A DNA stretch of 64,000 nucleotides from assembly GCA_012837765.1 (NCBI GenBank), contig DUQO01000018.1:16014-80013 (forward strand), in the 5' to 3' direction. This document shows positions 10,004-23,091 of the stretch, in pieces. The position numbers and the translations under genes were made by a program. The DNA is from Mollicutes bacterium (GTDB lineage: Bacteria > Bacillota_I > Bacilli_A > RF39 > UBA660). Position 1 is the first letter of the stretch, and each line of letters begins with the position of its first letter. The notes beneath the pieces were generated by a model. It was not told where the DNA came from. It searched no databases and was given only the letters and a program-made list of their open reading frames with translations.

Positions 10004-11728
10004 TCATTTTATTTCTATTAAATCTTCACCAAAAACATTTATAGCCTCTTCAATCTCTTTACTTCTTTTTTTAGGCTTTGGTGGTTTCTTTATTTCTTCC
10101 TCACTAATTTCTGGCAAAATATCAATTTTTTTCTTTTCTTTCATTATCTTTATGTAATGAGGTCTTATCTTTTGCCAATCTTCTTCCACTATATTTATTA
10201 TTTTATATTTTTCACTAAACATATTATCAATTAGCAACTCAATTTCACTTCTTAAATTATCTGCTCTCTCTACAATAGCATCATATTGATATGACCATAT
10301 AATACATTCATCAGAAGCGCCAACAATTTTACCATCTAATAATATTGTTGCTGCTTGTTTAAAATCCTTATTAATCAAAAACGTTGATAATTGACTACAT
10401 TTAGTTTTTAGATCATTAAGAAGTTTTTTCTTAGCTTTAGCTAAAGTATTATTGATTAGAATTTTTTTATACTTTGGAATATTTACAAAAGGAAGAAAAT
10501 CATCCTCTGTTGTTGTTTCTTTTAAGATTTCTTTTTTTACCCTCGTTTCCTCTTTGTAAACTTCTTCCTTCTTTGTAGGTTCCTTAATTTTTATTACTTC
10601 TGTTTCTACTTCTTTCTCTTCTTCAGAACTTACAGTTTCTTTTTTTGTATTTACATCGAGCAGTTTCAACAATATTATTTCGAAAATAGTTTTTGGATGT
10701 GTAGACACTTTTAAATCTTGTATCGACCTATTAAATTCACTTATATACAAGTATGTTTTTTCTTCACTTATTTTATTTATAAGATCTTGATGTTTTTCCA
10801 TATTATATGAATAATTCTCTTTAAAAAATTTCTTAGCTTTCTTATACAATAAAATGTCCTTCAAAAAAACAACAATATCTTCTGCAATTTTAATAAAGTC
10901 TTTACCTTCCTGATAAAAAATATCAACTTCTTTAAATACATCATTTAAATTACCGTCAACAATATTTTGGATTGTTTTTGCTATATCATCTTTTGAAACA
11001 GACGAACTTAAAAGTTCAACATCTTTTATATCAATATTATTATCTGTATAAGAATATAACTGCTCAAGTAACCCTATCGCATCTCTCATACCACCATCTG
11101 AAATTCTTGCTATCTCATAAAGTGCAGTATTTGTAATTTTAATTTGTTCTTCTTTCACAATATAATCTAATCTTATTTTCATTTGATCTTCAGTAATCTT
11201 TTTAAAATTATAATTTTGACATCTTGAAATAATAGTAAGAGGTAACTTATGCATTTCTGTTGTTGCTAATATAAAAACAACATGACGAGGTGGCTCTTCT
11301 AATGTTTTTAATAAAGCATTGAATGCACCTATTGATAACATATGCACTTCATCTATAATGTAAACCTTATACTTACATATACTAGGCGATAAATTGATTT
11401 TACTTTTTAAATCTCTAATCTCATCAACACCATTATTTGAAGCGGCATCTATTTCAACAACATCATTTGTTTGTTCAGCATCTATCAATTTACATATCTC
11501 ACACTCATCACATGGGACACCATCAATAGGATTCATACAGTTAATGGTCTTAGCAAATATTTTTGCAACACTTGTTTTTCCTGTTCCACGAGGACCACTA
11601 AAAAGATAAGCGTGACTAACTTTTTCTTCTTTCACTGCGTTTTTAAGAGTTTTAACAATCATATCTTGACCTACAACTCCATCATAATTGTTAGGTCTAT
11701 ATTTTCTATATAAAGCTCTATAAGTCAT
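10004..11728 (-). CDS. dnaX: DNA polymerase III subunits gamma/tau
   Basis: Walker A GPRGTGKTS, zinc module CDECEIC, DEVHML. Confidence 0.9.
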   Translation of the reverse strand: MTYRALYRKYRPNNYDGVVGQDMIVKTLKNAVKEEKVSHAYLFSGPRGTGKTSVAKIFAKTINCMNPIDGVPCDECEICKLIDAEQTNDVVEIDAASNNGVDEIRDLKSKINLSPSICKYKVYIIDEVHMLSIGAFNALLKTLEEPPRHVVFILATTEMHKLPLTIISRCQNYNFKKITEDQMKIRLDYIVKEEQIKITNTALYEIARISDGGMRDAIGLLEQLYSYTDNNIDIKDVELLSSSVSKDDIAKTIQNIVDGNLNDVFKEVDIFYQEGKDFIKIAEDIVVFLKDILLYKKAKKFFKENYSYNMEKHQDLINKISEEKTYLYISEFNRSIQDLKVSTHPKTIFEIILLKLLDVNTKKETVSSEEEKEVETEVIKIKEPTKKEEVYKEETRVKKEILKETTTEDDFLPFVNIPKYKKILINNTLAKAKKKLLNDLKTKCSQLSTFLINKDFKQAATILLDGKIVGASDECIIWSYQYDAIVERADNLRSEIELLIDNMFSEKYKIINIVEEDWQKIRPHYIKIMKEKKKIDILPEISEEEIKKPPKPKKRSKEIEEAINVFGEDLIEIK

Positions 11729-11793
11729 TTAATCACCTTCTTTAATCCTAAATTAATTATAACACTTTCACTATCAATATTGAATAACAAACA

Positions 11794-12201
11794 CTAGTTT
11801 CTCATTTTTTTAAAAAACAACTTTAATAATCTTGAACACTCCTTTTCTTGTACATCACTATTTGTAATAACAAGTGGCAAATCAACTTCTTTTGTATTTT
11901 TGGTACCATATACAACCTTATCCATACGTGCTTGTTTAATAGCACCCATACACATAGGACAAGGCTCTAAAGTAACATAGATTGTACAACCATTAAGACG
12001 CCAATCTTTTATTTTTTTACAAGCCTTTTTAATAGCTAGAATTTCTGCATGGCACGTTGTATCTTTTTTTGTTTCTCTTTTGTTATGTGCTCTTGCTATA
12101 ATTTTTGAATCTTTTACAATTACAGCTCCAACAGGAACTTCTCCCTTGCGAAGAGCCTTCTTTGCTTGCTCAATTGCTTCACTCATATATATTTCTTCCA
12201 T
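11794..12201 (-). CDS. tadA: tRNA-specific adenosine deaminase
   Basis: HAE and PCPMC zinc motifs. Start set at MEEIYMSEA, which has RBS AAAGGTGA; the ORF-track start at 12231 is GTG-initiated. Confidence 0.85.
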   Translation of the reverse strand: MEEIYMSEAIEQAKKALRKGEVPVGAVIVKDSKIIARAHNKRETKKDTTCHAEILAIKKACKKIKDWRLNGCTIYVTLEPCPMCMGAIKQARMDKVVYGTKNTKEVDLPLVITNSDVQEKECSRLLKLFFKKMRN

Positions 12202-12220
12202 ATTTTCACCTTTTAAAAAA

Positions 12221-12296
12221 AAGACGCACACAAAAAGGGATTGTTAAGGCTGCTTTCTTCCGAATCTGACCTGATTCCAATATTTTTGTTGCGCCA
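12221..12296 (-). ncRNA. ffs: Small (4.5S-type) SRP RNA
   Basis: Minus strand AGGUCAGAUUCGGAAGAAAGCAGCC matches the SRP domain IV consensus AGGUCAGGUCCGGAAGGAAGCAGCC, with a compensatory closing pair around the GGAA tetraloop. 5' GGCGCAACAAAAA pairs with 3' UUUUUGUGUGCGUC, followed by a U-run. Confidence 0.6.
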
Positions 12297-12301
12297 TATA
12301 T

Positions 12302-12330
12302 AATATACATTATTTTGCCTAAAAATACAA
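12302..12330 (-). promoter_or_regulatory. Promoter for the SRP RNA (TTGTAT-17-tgTATATT, extended -10)
   Basis: Read on the minus strand: TTGTATttttaggcaaaataatgTATATT, 7 nt upstream of the GGCGC RNA 5' end. Confidence 0.5.
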
Positions 12331-12358
12331 CCAAAAAAGGTTTTTATTATTCAAAAAT

Positions 12359-12480
12359 ATTTCCCGGGAAATATTTCCTACACCTTTGTTAACAAATGGT
12401 AACCAGGTTGTTATTTTTACAATGTTTCACGTGAAACATTGTAGTAGTTTTTTGATTATATGTTTCACGTGAAACATATA
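12359..12480. promoter_or_regulatory. Cluster of perfect palindromes: AAATATTTCCCGGGAAATATTT, TTGTTAACAA, CAATGTTTCACGTGAAACATTG, ATATGTTTCACGTGAAACATAT
   Basis: Read directly from the sequence. Two copies of a 16-bp TGTTTCACGTGAAACA core lie 45 bp apart (centre to centre). Candidate operator sites. Confidence 0.5.
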
Positions 12481-12626
12481 ACATCTTCTATTGTTAAAAT
12501 ACAAAATCTTTATAATTGCAAGATTCTATATGGCAACTTTATTTGAAACAATTTGTAAAGATGTGAAGCAATTGTTTTTTTTGCTGATATGCGATACTTT
12601 ATTAGCTTCTCATTTTAAAGATAATA

Positions 12627-12664
12627 AAAGCACTGACTTTATTGCATCAGTGCTTTCTTTTTTA
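12627..12664. terminator. Bidirectional rho-independent terminator after gyrA
   Basis: AAAGCACTGA / TCAGTGCTTT stem with T-runs on both strands. Confidence 0.7.
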
Positions 12665-15121
12665 TTCGTTGGTTTCCTCTTCTGTTTTTATTTCACCCTC
12701 TTCTTCAGTTTCTTCTTTTTCAACGTTAAAGCTTGTCGTTACTTTTTGTTCATCTTTTAAAGTAATCAATCTCACTCCTTGTGTTACTCTACTCATAATT
12801 GAAATTTGATCAATTGGTATTCTAATTACCATTCCACTATCTGTAATTATAATTAGATCTTGAGTTTCATCTACTACCTTAAAGGAAACTATTCCTCCAT
12901 TTTTATCTGTGCTATTTATTGTTTTAACTCCTTTGCTTCCTCTATGAGTTAAACGATATTCGCTAACTTTAGTTCTTTTACCATAACCGTTTTCTGTAAC
13001 AACTAACACTTCTTTTTCATCTTCTGCTATTTCGATTCCAACGCATTTTGAATCTCCTAAATTAATTCCTTTTACTCCAGAAGCAGTTCTTCCCATTATA
13101 CGAACTTCATCCTCATCGAATCGAACCATTCTTCCAGCTGAAGAGGCTAATAAAATTTGATCATTACCATTAGTTTTTCTTACCCCTATCAATTCATCTC
13201 CATCTTTAAGAGTGATAGCTATTTTTCCGCTAGAACGGATGTTTTCAAACTCTTTCATCTCTACTCGTTTGACTTGTCCGTTTCTTGTAGCAAAAATCAA
13301 ATTATAATCGTGTTCTTCTGCATGAACAGGGAGAACTGAGTTTACGTACTCATCAGATTCTATCGGTAAAATGTTTACTATTGGCAAACCTTTTGCTTGT
13401 CTACTGTACTCTGGTATTTCATATCCTTTTACTCGGTAAACTTTACCCTTATTAGTAAAGAATAAGAGATATTCATGAGTTGTCATTGTTACCAAATCTT
13501 GTACGAAATCTTCTTCATTAGTCGTCATTCCTTTAACACCAACACCACCTTTGTTTTGTAATTTATATGTGTCTGTTGGAATTCTTTTGATATATCCTTT
13601 ATTAGTAAGAGTAATTATTATATCTTCCACTGGAATAAGTGACTCATCTTCGATATATTCAATAGTCTCATTATCAATATAGGTTCTTCTCTCATCTCCA
13701 TATTTTTGTTTTATCTCAAGTAATTCGTTTTTCACAATTTCTAGAACCTTTTCTTCACTCGCTAATATTGATTTTAATTCGCTTATAAGTATTAATAAGT
13801 TTTTTAATTCCTCATCTATTTTTTCCCTTTCAAGGCCTGTCAATCTTCTCAATTTCATTTCTAGGATTGCTTCAGATTGAACATCAGTTAAACCAAATTT
13901 CTCCATCAAAGATTTTTTAGCAATAGCATCATCATTAGATGATTTTAATATTTTTATTATTTCGTCAATATGATCTAGTGCAATTTTCAATCCCTCTAAT
14001 ATATGAGCACGTTTTTCTGCCTTATCTAAATCAAATTGCGTTCTTCTATAAATAACTGTTCGTTGGAAATCAATATATTTTTCTATAATTTCTTTTAACC
14101 CAAACGTTCTTGGTTGTCCATCATGTAACATCAATAGATTTATACCATAACTAGTTTGTAATGGTGTATGTTTATATAGATTATTTAATATAACATTAGC
14201 TTTTGCGTCTCTTTTTAATTCTATTATTATCTTAACGCCATTTTTTACAGAAGATTCATCATATAAGTCAGATATTCCATCGATGACCTTATCTCTTACC
14301 AATTCTGCTATCTTTTTCTTTAAAGTTGTTTTATTTACTTTATATGGAATTTCTGTAATGACAATTTCTGATTTATTATTTTTTTCTACAATTTCAGCTT
14401 TCCCTCTGATTGTAATGGAACCCTTACCGGTTTCATAAGCTTTTTTGATACCACTATTACCTAAAATAATACCACCAGTTGGAAAATCTGGTCCTTTAAT
14501 ATGTTTCATCAATTCAAGAACATCTATATCGTGATTATCTATATAAGCCACGCATCCATCTATTACTTCAGATAAATTATGCGGTGGAATATTAGTTGCC
14601 ATTCCTACAGCAATTCCCATTGTCCCATTAACTAAAATGTTAGGAAATCTACTAGGTAATACCACTGGCTCCTTTTTCGTAGCATCAAAGTTATCTGTAA
14701 AATCAACAGTATTTTTATTAATATCTCTTAATAATTCAGTTGCTATTTTAGCTATACGAGCTTCGGTGTAACGATAAGCAGCTGCGCCATATCCGTCTAT
14801 TGAACCAAAGTTTCCGTGTCCATCAATCAATGGATATCTATAACTAAAATCTTGCGCCATTATTACAAGAGAATCATATGCTGCGGTGTCACCATGTGGG
14901 TGATAATTACCTATTACATTACCAACTGTTTTAGCGCTCTTCTGATATGGTTTTTCTGGTGTATAACCAGACTCATACATTGTATATAAAATTCTTCTGT
15001 GTACTGGTTTTAATCCATCTCTTAAATCGGGTAAAGCTCTAGATACAATAACGCTCATTGAATAATCCAAAAAGCTTTTTTCCATTTCTTTCGCTATGTT
15101 TACTTCGTATATTTTATCCAT
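12662..15121 (-). CDS. gyrA: DNA gyrase subunit A
   Basis: 819 aa with the active-site region AAMRYTEARIAKIA (Tyr) and an acidic C-terminal tail. Confidence 0.95.
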   Translation of the reverse strand: MDKIYEVNIAKEMEKSFLDYSMSVIVSRALPDLRDGLKPVHRRILYTMYESGYTPEKPYQKSAKTVGNVIGNYHPHGDTAAYDSLVIMAQDFSYRYPLIDGHGNFGSIDGYGAAAYRYTEARIAKIATELLRDINKNTVDFTDNFDATKKEPVVLPSRFPNILVNGTMGIAVGMATNIPPHNLSEVIDGCVAYIDNHDIDVLELMKHIKGPDFPTGGIILGNSGIKKAYETGKGSITIRGKAEIVEKNNKSEIVITEIPYKVNKTTLKKKIAELVRDKVIDGISDLYDESSVKNGVKIIIELKRDAKANVILNNLYKHTPLQTSYGINLLMLHDGQPRTFGLKEIIEKYIDFQRTVIYRRTQFDLDKAEKRAHILEGLKIALDHIDEIIKILKSSNDDAIAKKSLMEKFGLTDVQSEAILEMKLRRLTGLEREKIDEELKNLLILISELKSILASEEKVLEIVKNELLEIKQKYGDERRTYIDNETIEYIEDESLIPVEDIIITLTNKGYIKRIPTDTYKLQNKGGVGVKGMTTNEEDFVQDLVTMTTHEYLLFFTNKGKVYRVKGYEIPEYSRQAKGLPIVNILPIESDEYVNSVLPVHAEEHDYNLIFATRNGQVKRVEMKEFENIRSSGKIAITLKDGDELIGVRKTNGNDQILLASSAGRMVRFDEDEVRIMGRTASGVKGINLGDSKCVGIEIAEDEKEVLVVTENGYGKRTKVSEYRLTHRGSKGVKTINSTDKNGGIVSFKVVDETQDLIIITDSGMVIRIPIDQISIMSRVTQGVRLITLKDEQKVTTSFNVEKEETEEEGEIKTEEETNE

Positions 15122-15132
15122 GACATTACCTC

Positions 15133-18188
<3,056 letters not shown>

Positions 18189-18303
18189 ACACTATTTTTT
18201 TAACGCTCATTCAATCACCTTACACACCGTAACAATGTCATTATTTACATATTGATTATATCATAAAACACATGATAAAACCATCTTTTTCCCTTTAAAA
18301 ACA

Positions 18304-18330
18304 AGAAAAAAAAGCCTTTTCGGCTTTCTT
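18304..18330 (-). terminator. Rho-independent terminator after mnmE
   Basis: AAAGCC-TTTTC-GGCTTT hairpin followed by a T8 run on the minus strand. Confidence 0.65.
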
Positions 18331-18341
18331 TTAAATTGATA

Positions 18342-19697
18342 CTATTTCCCAAGACAAAATTGCTTGAATAATTCATCAATTAACTCTTCGCTATAGTTTT
18401 CTCCAACTATATTACCCAGCAATTCAAATATCCTTTTTAAGTCAATAGCTAACATATCAATAGGTAAATTGTCGTTTAAAGCAGTTTCTACATCTTTAAT
18501 AACTTTCATAACTTCATTTAGAAGGCCTATTTGTCTTGCATTTGATAAATATGTTAAATCAGCATGTTCTATTTTATCTATGCTAAACAATTCTTTTATC
18601 CTGTTTTTTAAGTTTTCTAAACCGTTTTCAGACATTGTATTTCCATAAATAACGTTTTCACCTTCTAATTTTGATTCATCAAGCTTTGATGGTAAATCAT
18701 CCTTGTTTATAAATATTATTCTCTTCGTTTGTTTTGTTTTCTCTAACAAGTCTAAATCATCTTCTGTAATACCTTCATTATTATTTAATATCAAAATAAC
18801 AAGATCAGTCTCATTTATTAGTTTCATACTTTTAGAAACACCTATTTGCTCAATTTTGTCATCTGTTTGTCTGATTCCTGCAGTATCGATAACATTTAAT
18901 ATTATTCCATCTATATTTACGTCACCTTCTACAATATCTCTTGTAGTTCCAGGTGTATCGGTAACAATGGCCTTTTCTTCATCAATCAATTTATTTAGAA
19001 GACTGCTTTTTCCAACATTTGGTCTCCCAATAATTATTGTTTTAATACCTTCTTTTATTACTCTACTATTTTCGGATTCTTTTAATATTCGTTCTGCTTC
19101 TTCTTTTATACTTTTAATACTTTCCTTTATCATCTCATTGGTAACAACTAAAATGTCCTCATATTCGGGATAATCAATATTTACATCTATATTTATCAAA
19201 ATGTCTCTAACTTTATTTCGTAACGATTTTATTAATTTAGATACTCTTCCTTCAACTTGATTTATTGCTAATTTGCGCATTTTTTCACTTTTAGCATTGA
19301 TCAGATCCATTACACCCTCTGCTTCTAATAAATCAATTCTTCCATTTAAGAAAGCTCTTTTAGTAAACTCTCCTGGTTCTGCTAATCTAACTCCCTTAGA
19401 TAGTATTAAAGAAAAAACCTTATTAGTTGTATTTATTCCACCATGACAATTAACCTCAACAACATCTTCTCTTGTATAAGTCCTCGGTGCCAACATGATT
19501 GACACTAAAACTTCATCAATTATTTCATCTCCATCTACAATATGACCATAATGAATAGTATGAGTCTCTTGTTTTGTTAAATCAGTACCTTTAAAAATCT
19601 TGTTAACAACGTCGATAGCATCGCTTCCACTTAGTCTTATGATAGAAACAGCTCCAACACCAAGTGCTGTTGATATTGCTGCAATTGTATCATTCAT
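18342..19697 (-). CDS. mnmE: tRNA modification GTPase MnmE
   Basis: G1 GRPNVGKSSLLN, C-terminal CLGK. Start set at MNDTIAAIST. Confidence 0.9.
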   Translation of the reverse strand: MNDTIAAISTALGVGAVSIIRLSGSDAIDVVNKIFKGTDLTKQETHTIHYGHIVDGDEIIDEVLVSIMLAPRTYTREDVVEVNCHGGINTTNKVFSLILSKGVRLAEPGEFTKRAFLNGRIDLLEAEGVMDLINAKSEKMRKLAINQVEGRVSKLIKSLRNKVRDILINIDVNIDYPEYEDILVVTNEMIKESIKSIKEEAERILKESENSRVIKEGIKTIIIGRPNVGKSSLLNKLIDEEKAIVTDTPGTTRDIVEGDVNIDGIILNVIDTAGIRQTDDKIEQIGVSKSMKLINETDLVILILNNNEGITEDDLDLLEKTKQTKRIIFINKDDLPSKLDESKLEGENVIYGNTMSENGLENLKNRIKELFSIDKIEHADLTYLSNARQIGLLNEVMKVIKDVETALNDNLPIDMLAIDLKRIFELLGNIVGENYSEELIDELFKQFCLGK

Positions 19698-19771
19698 GTT
19701 TACACCTCCTTTAAACAAAAAAACTTACTCTTTAAATTTATTTTTTTTGTGAAAAAAACGAATAACAGTAA

Positions 19772-19966
19772 TTATTCGTTAAGACCATATTTTTTGTTAA
19801 ATTTTTCAACACGTCCAGCTTTTGAAGTTCTTGTTTGTGTTCCAGTATAAAATGGATGACACTCTGAACATACTTCGACATGAATATCGTCAGTTGACAT
19901 TGTCTTAAAAGTAGCTCCACAACTACATGTAGCTGTAACTTCTTTATAAATCTTATTTTTCTTCAT
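19772..19966 (-). CDS. rpmE: 50S ribosomal protein L31
   Basis: [10 protein letters not shown]...[12 protein letters not shown] matches L31. A terminator hairpin AACGAATAAT...ATTATTCGTT overlaps the stop codon. Confidence 0.85.
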   Translation of the reverse strand: MKKNKIYKEVTATCSCGATFKTMSTDDIHVEVCSECHPFYTGTQTRTSKAGRVEKFNKKYGLNE

Positions 19967-20056
19967 ATTAATGCTCCTCTCATAACGATGATAACCTCAA
20001 CAATTTGTAAATCTACTATATTATATCAACTTGATTAGAATTTGACAAGCAAAATT

Positions 20057-20806
20057 TTAATTTAATACTTTTTTATTTATAATCTCAATTATTTTCTTAG
20101 AAATTGCATCATATCCCTTGGCTGATGGGTGAATATCTAGTGGATTTGGTAAAAATTCTAGTTTTTTTTCAAATTGTTTGTGAATATCAACAAAATACAA
20201 ATCATATTTCTTACTTATATCTTTTAATTTATTATTAGCATATAAAAACACATAATCCAATTCTTTTGCTAAATTTTCTTTCATGTGCCATAAAGGATTA
20301 TAATATCCAACTAAAATGATATCTTCTTTACAATATTCTCTAATTAATATAATCAATTTTTCAATATCTAATATAACTTCATCAACATATTTTTTAAAAT
20401 CAACATCATTATAAAAAATTATATCTATGTTACTTACACCAAGTTTATAAAACAAGTCGTTTGCACCTATAGATAAAGTTATTACATCTGCCTTTGTAAG
20501 AGCATGTTTAATAGTAAGTTTCTTTCCTTCAACATTAACACTTCTATTATCCTTAATGTCATTTATTAGATCTGTTGTTCGATAACCACTTTTAGCGAAA
20601 GCCTTTGTATAAAATGTAAGTTTTTTTGATGATTGTAGATAATTTGCTACATAATCTGCATAACCATAAGATATTTTACCATATGGATTTTGACCTTCGG
20701 CAAGCGAATCACCTAAAGCTACATAATAAACACCATTATCAACTGTCATAAGGTATATCATGATGGGTAAACCAATAAATAATATTAAAATAAATATTTT
20801 TTTCAA
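20057..20806 (-). CDS. SGNH/GDSL-family hydrolase with N-terminal membrane anchor
   Basis: GDSL block ALGDSLAEG and SIGANDL motif. N-terminal hydrophobic segment. Confidence 0.6.
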   Translation of the reverse strand: MKKIFILILFIGLPIMIYLMTVDNGVYYVALGDSLAEGQNPYGKISYGYADYVANYLQSSKKLTFYTKAFAKSGYRTTDLINDIKDNRSVNVEGKKLTIKHALTKADVITLSIGANDLFYKLGVSNIDIIFYNDVDFKKYVDEVILDIEKLIILIREYCKEDIILVGYYNPLWHMKENLAKELDYVFLYANNKLKDISKKYDLYFVDIHKQFEKKLEFLPNPLDIHPSAKGYDAISKKIIEIINKKVLN

Positions 20807-20855
20807 TGAATATGACCTCCTAAAAAAAATAGAGCATTACCTCTATTTAATTATA

Positions 20856-22115
20856 TTAGACAATCTTTATTTTAGCACCTAAATTGCTAAGTTTATCTAC
20901 AAGGCCTTCGTAGCCGCGTAAAATATGTTCTATATTATATATACTAGTGGTCCCTTCAGCAACTAATGCTGCTAACACAAGGCAAGCGCCAGCTCTTAAG
21001 TCTGTCGCAACTACTTCACACCCTTTTAATTTAGTAGGTCCATATACCTTTGCTTCCTTACCATTTACTTTTATATTCGCACCCATTTTATTTAAATAAT
21101 CAACATTTTGAAATCTATTTTCAAATATTGTTTCTTCCACCAGAGAAACACCTTCACATTGACATAATAACGCTGTAATTGGTTGTTGCAAATCAGTTGG
21201 AAAACCAGGATAGGTAAAAGTTCTAATATTGACACCTTGCATATTATCAGACTTGCTGATCACAAAGTAATCATCTCCAATATCCACTTTTGTTCCAATC
21301 TCTTTTAATTTCGACGAAAGAGCTTCTAAATGTTCTGGAATTACATTTGCTATTTTTACATCTTTTCCAATCATTGCTGCTGCAATCATATACGTCCCTG
21401 CTTCAATACGATCAGGTATAACTTCATGGTAGCAACCATTTAATTTATCAACACCAATGATCATTATTTTGCTCGTTCCTGCACCAATTATTCTAGCACC
21501 CATATTATTTAGAAATATTGCAACATTAACAACCTCTGGTTCCTTTGCTGCATTTTCTATAATCGTTGTACCCTTAGCTTTAACAGCAGCAAGCATTATA
21601 TTGATAGTTGCTCCTACACTAGCAATATCTAAATAAATATTATTACCTATCAATTCATCAGCTTCAATTATATATTGATTACCTTTTTCTGTTATATTAG
21701 CACCTAAAGCTTCAAATCCCTTTAAATGTAAATTTATAGGTCGTACTCCTATTTTACAACCACCAGGAAAATACATTTTTACTTTTTTGTATTTTCCTAA
21801 TAATGCACCCATAAAATAATATGAGGCTCTTAATTTTTTTGAAATGGATTCAGGTATTTCTTTATTTTCTATATTGGTTGAATCAATAATCATCGTTTCA
21901 TTATCTATTTTCACGTTTGCACCTAAATATGTTAATATCTCATTTAATGCATCTCTATCTGTTATATTAGGAACATTAGATATTGTAACTACATCATCAC
22001 TTAATATTGATGCAGGGATTAGGGCAACCGCGCTATTTTTAGCACCGCTTATTTTTACGGTCCCATTTAATATATGATTCCCCTCTATTTCTAGCTTTTG
22101 CATATTTACCTCCAA
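20856..22115 (-). CDS. murA: UDP-N-acetylglucosamine 1-carboxyvinyltransferase
   Basis: KISGAKNSAVALIPASIL and active-site Cys region; about 419 aa. Confidence 0.9.
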   Translation of the reverse strand: MEVNMQKLEIEGNHILNGTVKISGAKNSAVALIPASILSDDVVTISNVPNITDRDALNEILTYLGANVKIDNETMIIDSTNIENKEIPESISKKLRASYYFMGALLGKYKKVKMYFPGGCKIGVRPINLHLKGFEALGANITEKGNQYIIEADELIGNNIYLDIASVGATINIMLAAVKAKGTTIIENAAKEPEVVNVAIFLNNMGARIIGAGTSKIMIIGVDKLNGCYHEVIPDRIEAGTYMIAAAMIGKDVKIANVIPEHLEALSSKLKEIGTKVDIGDDYFVISKSDNMQGVNIRTFTYPGFPTDLQQPITALLCQCEGVSLVEETIFENRFQNVDYLNKMGANIKVNGKEAKVYGPTKLKGCEVVATDLRAGACLVLAALVAEGTTSIYNIEHILRGYEGLVDKLSNLGAKIKIV

Positions 22116-22160
22116 ACATTTACATAATATCTTATTACTTTGTAGAATAAAGGTGACTCA

Positions 22161-23012
22161 TCACGCTTTGTTATTACTTCTAAAAAGATTTGTTTTCGTT
22201 ATTACTGTTTCTTTTATAGCATCTTTGCCTGAATTGATAATTTTTCGCGGATCATAAACATCAGAATTATCTTTAAGAAACCTTCTAACATTATTTGCCC
22301 ATGCTACTTGTAATTCAGTATTTATATTTATTTTACATATTCCAGAATCTATTGAATTGATTATAATTTCATCATTTATACCGGTTCCACCATGTAATAC
22401 TAGCGGTATTCCTAAAGCTTCTTTTATTTCTTTCATTCTCTTTATATCTATCTTAGGTTCCCCTTTATACAGTCCGTGAACACTTCCAAGGGCTGGAGCC
22501 AGAAAATCAACTCCTGTTTCATTCACTAATTTAATACAATCTTCTTTATTTGCATAAGCAATATCAGATGTTATTTCATCTTCTGTCCCGCCTATATGAC
22601 CAACTTCTGCTTCCACTGTAACATTCCTATGATGTGCATATGTTACAACGTCTTTTGTAATTTCAATATTTTTATCTAATGAATACGAAGAAGCATCTAT
22701 CATTACTGAAGTAAAACCATTATCAATTGCTTTTTTACAACTTTCTATACTTTGGCCATGATCTAAATGAAGAGCAACAGGGATTGTTATATTTAAATCA
22801 CTTATCAACCCCATAACCATGTTATATACTGTTTTATAACCGCCCATATACTTAGCTGCACCTTCACTTACGCCTAAAATAACGGGACTCTTTTGTTCAT
22901 TACAAGCCTCTAATATATTTTTTGCCCATTCTAAATTGTTTATATTAAATTGTGGAATGGCATAATTATTTTCTAAAGCTAGATTTAACATTTCTTTAGC
23001 ATTAACCAACAT
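22161..23012 (-). CDS. fba: Class II fructose-bisphosphate aldolase
   Basis: ALHLDHG, GGTGINDE, 283 aa. fba-murA adjacency as in B. subtilis. Confidence 0.85.
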   Translation of the reverse strand: MLVNAKEMLNLALENNYAIPQFNINNLEWAKNILEACNEQKSPVILGVSEGAAKYMGGYKTVYNMVMGLISDLNITIPVALHLDHGQSIESCKKAIDNGFTSVMIDASSYSLDKNIEITKDVVTYAHHRNVTVEAEVGHIGGTEDEITSDIAYANKEDCIKLVNETGVDFLAPALGSVHGLYKGEPKIDIKRMKEIKEALGIPLVLHGGTGINDEIIINSIDSGICKININTELQVAWANNVRRFLKDNSDVYDPRKIINSGKDAIKETVITKTNLFRSNNKA

Positions 23013-23091
23013 CTTATCACCTACTTATATAGTATTATGTTTTTGGTTACTAGTCAATTTATGCCATTCAAATTAACGTTATTTTACATTA

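Noticed and set aside
12491-12760. 89-aa plus-strand ORF
   Set aside because: It overlaps the gyrA 3' end and the bidirectional terminator. It is a poly-Phe/Leu hydrophobic artefact, although a short plus-strand transcript from TATAAT at 12511 cannot be excluded.
19738-19920. 60-aa ORF
   Set aside because: It is an alternative frame overlapping rpmE, whose L31 translation is unambiguous.
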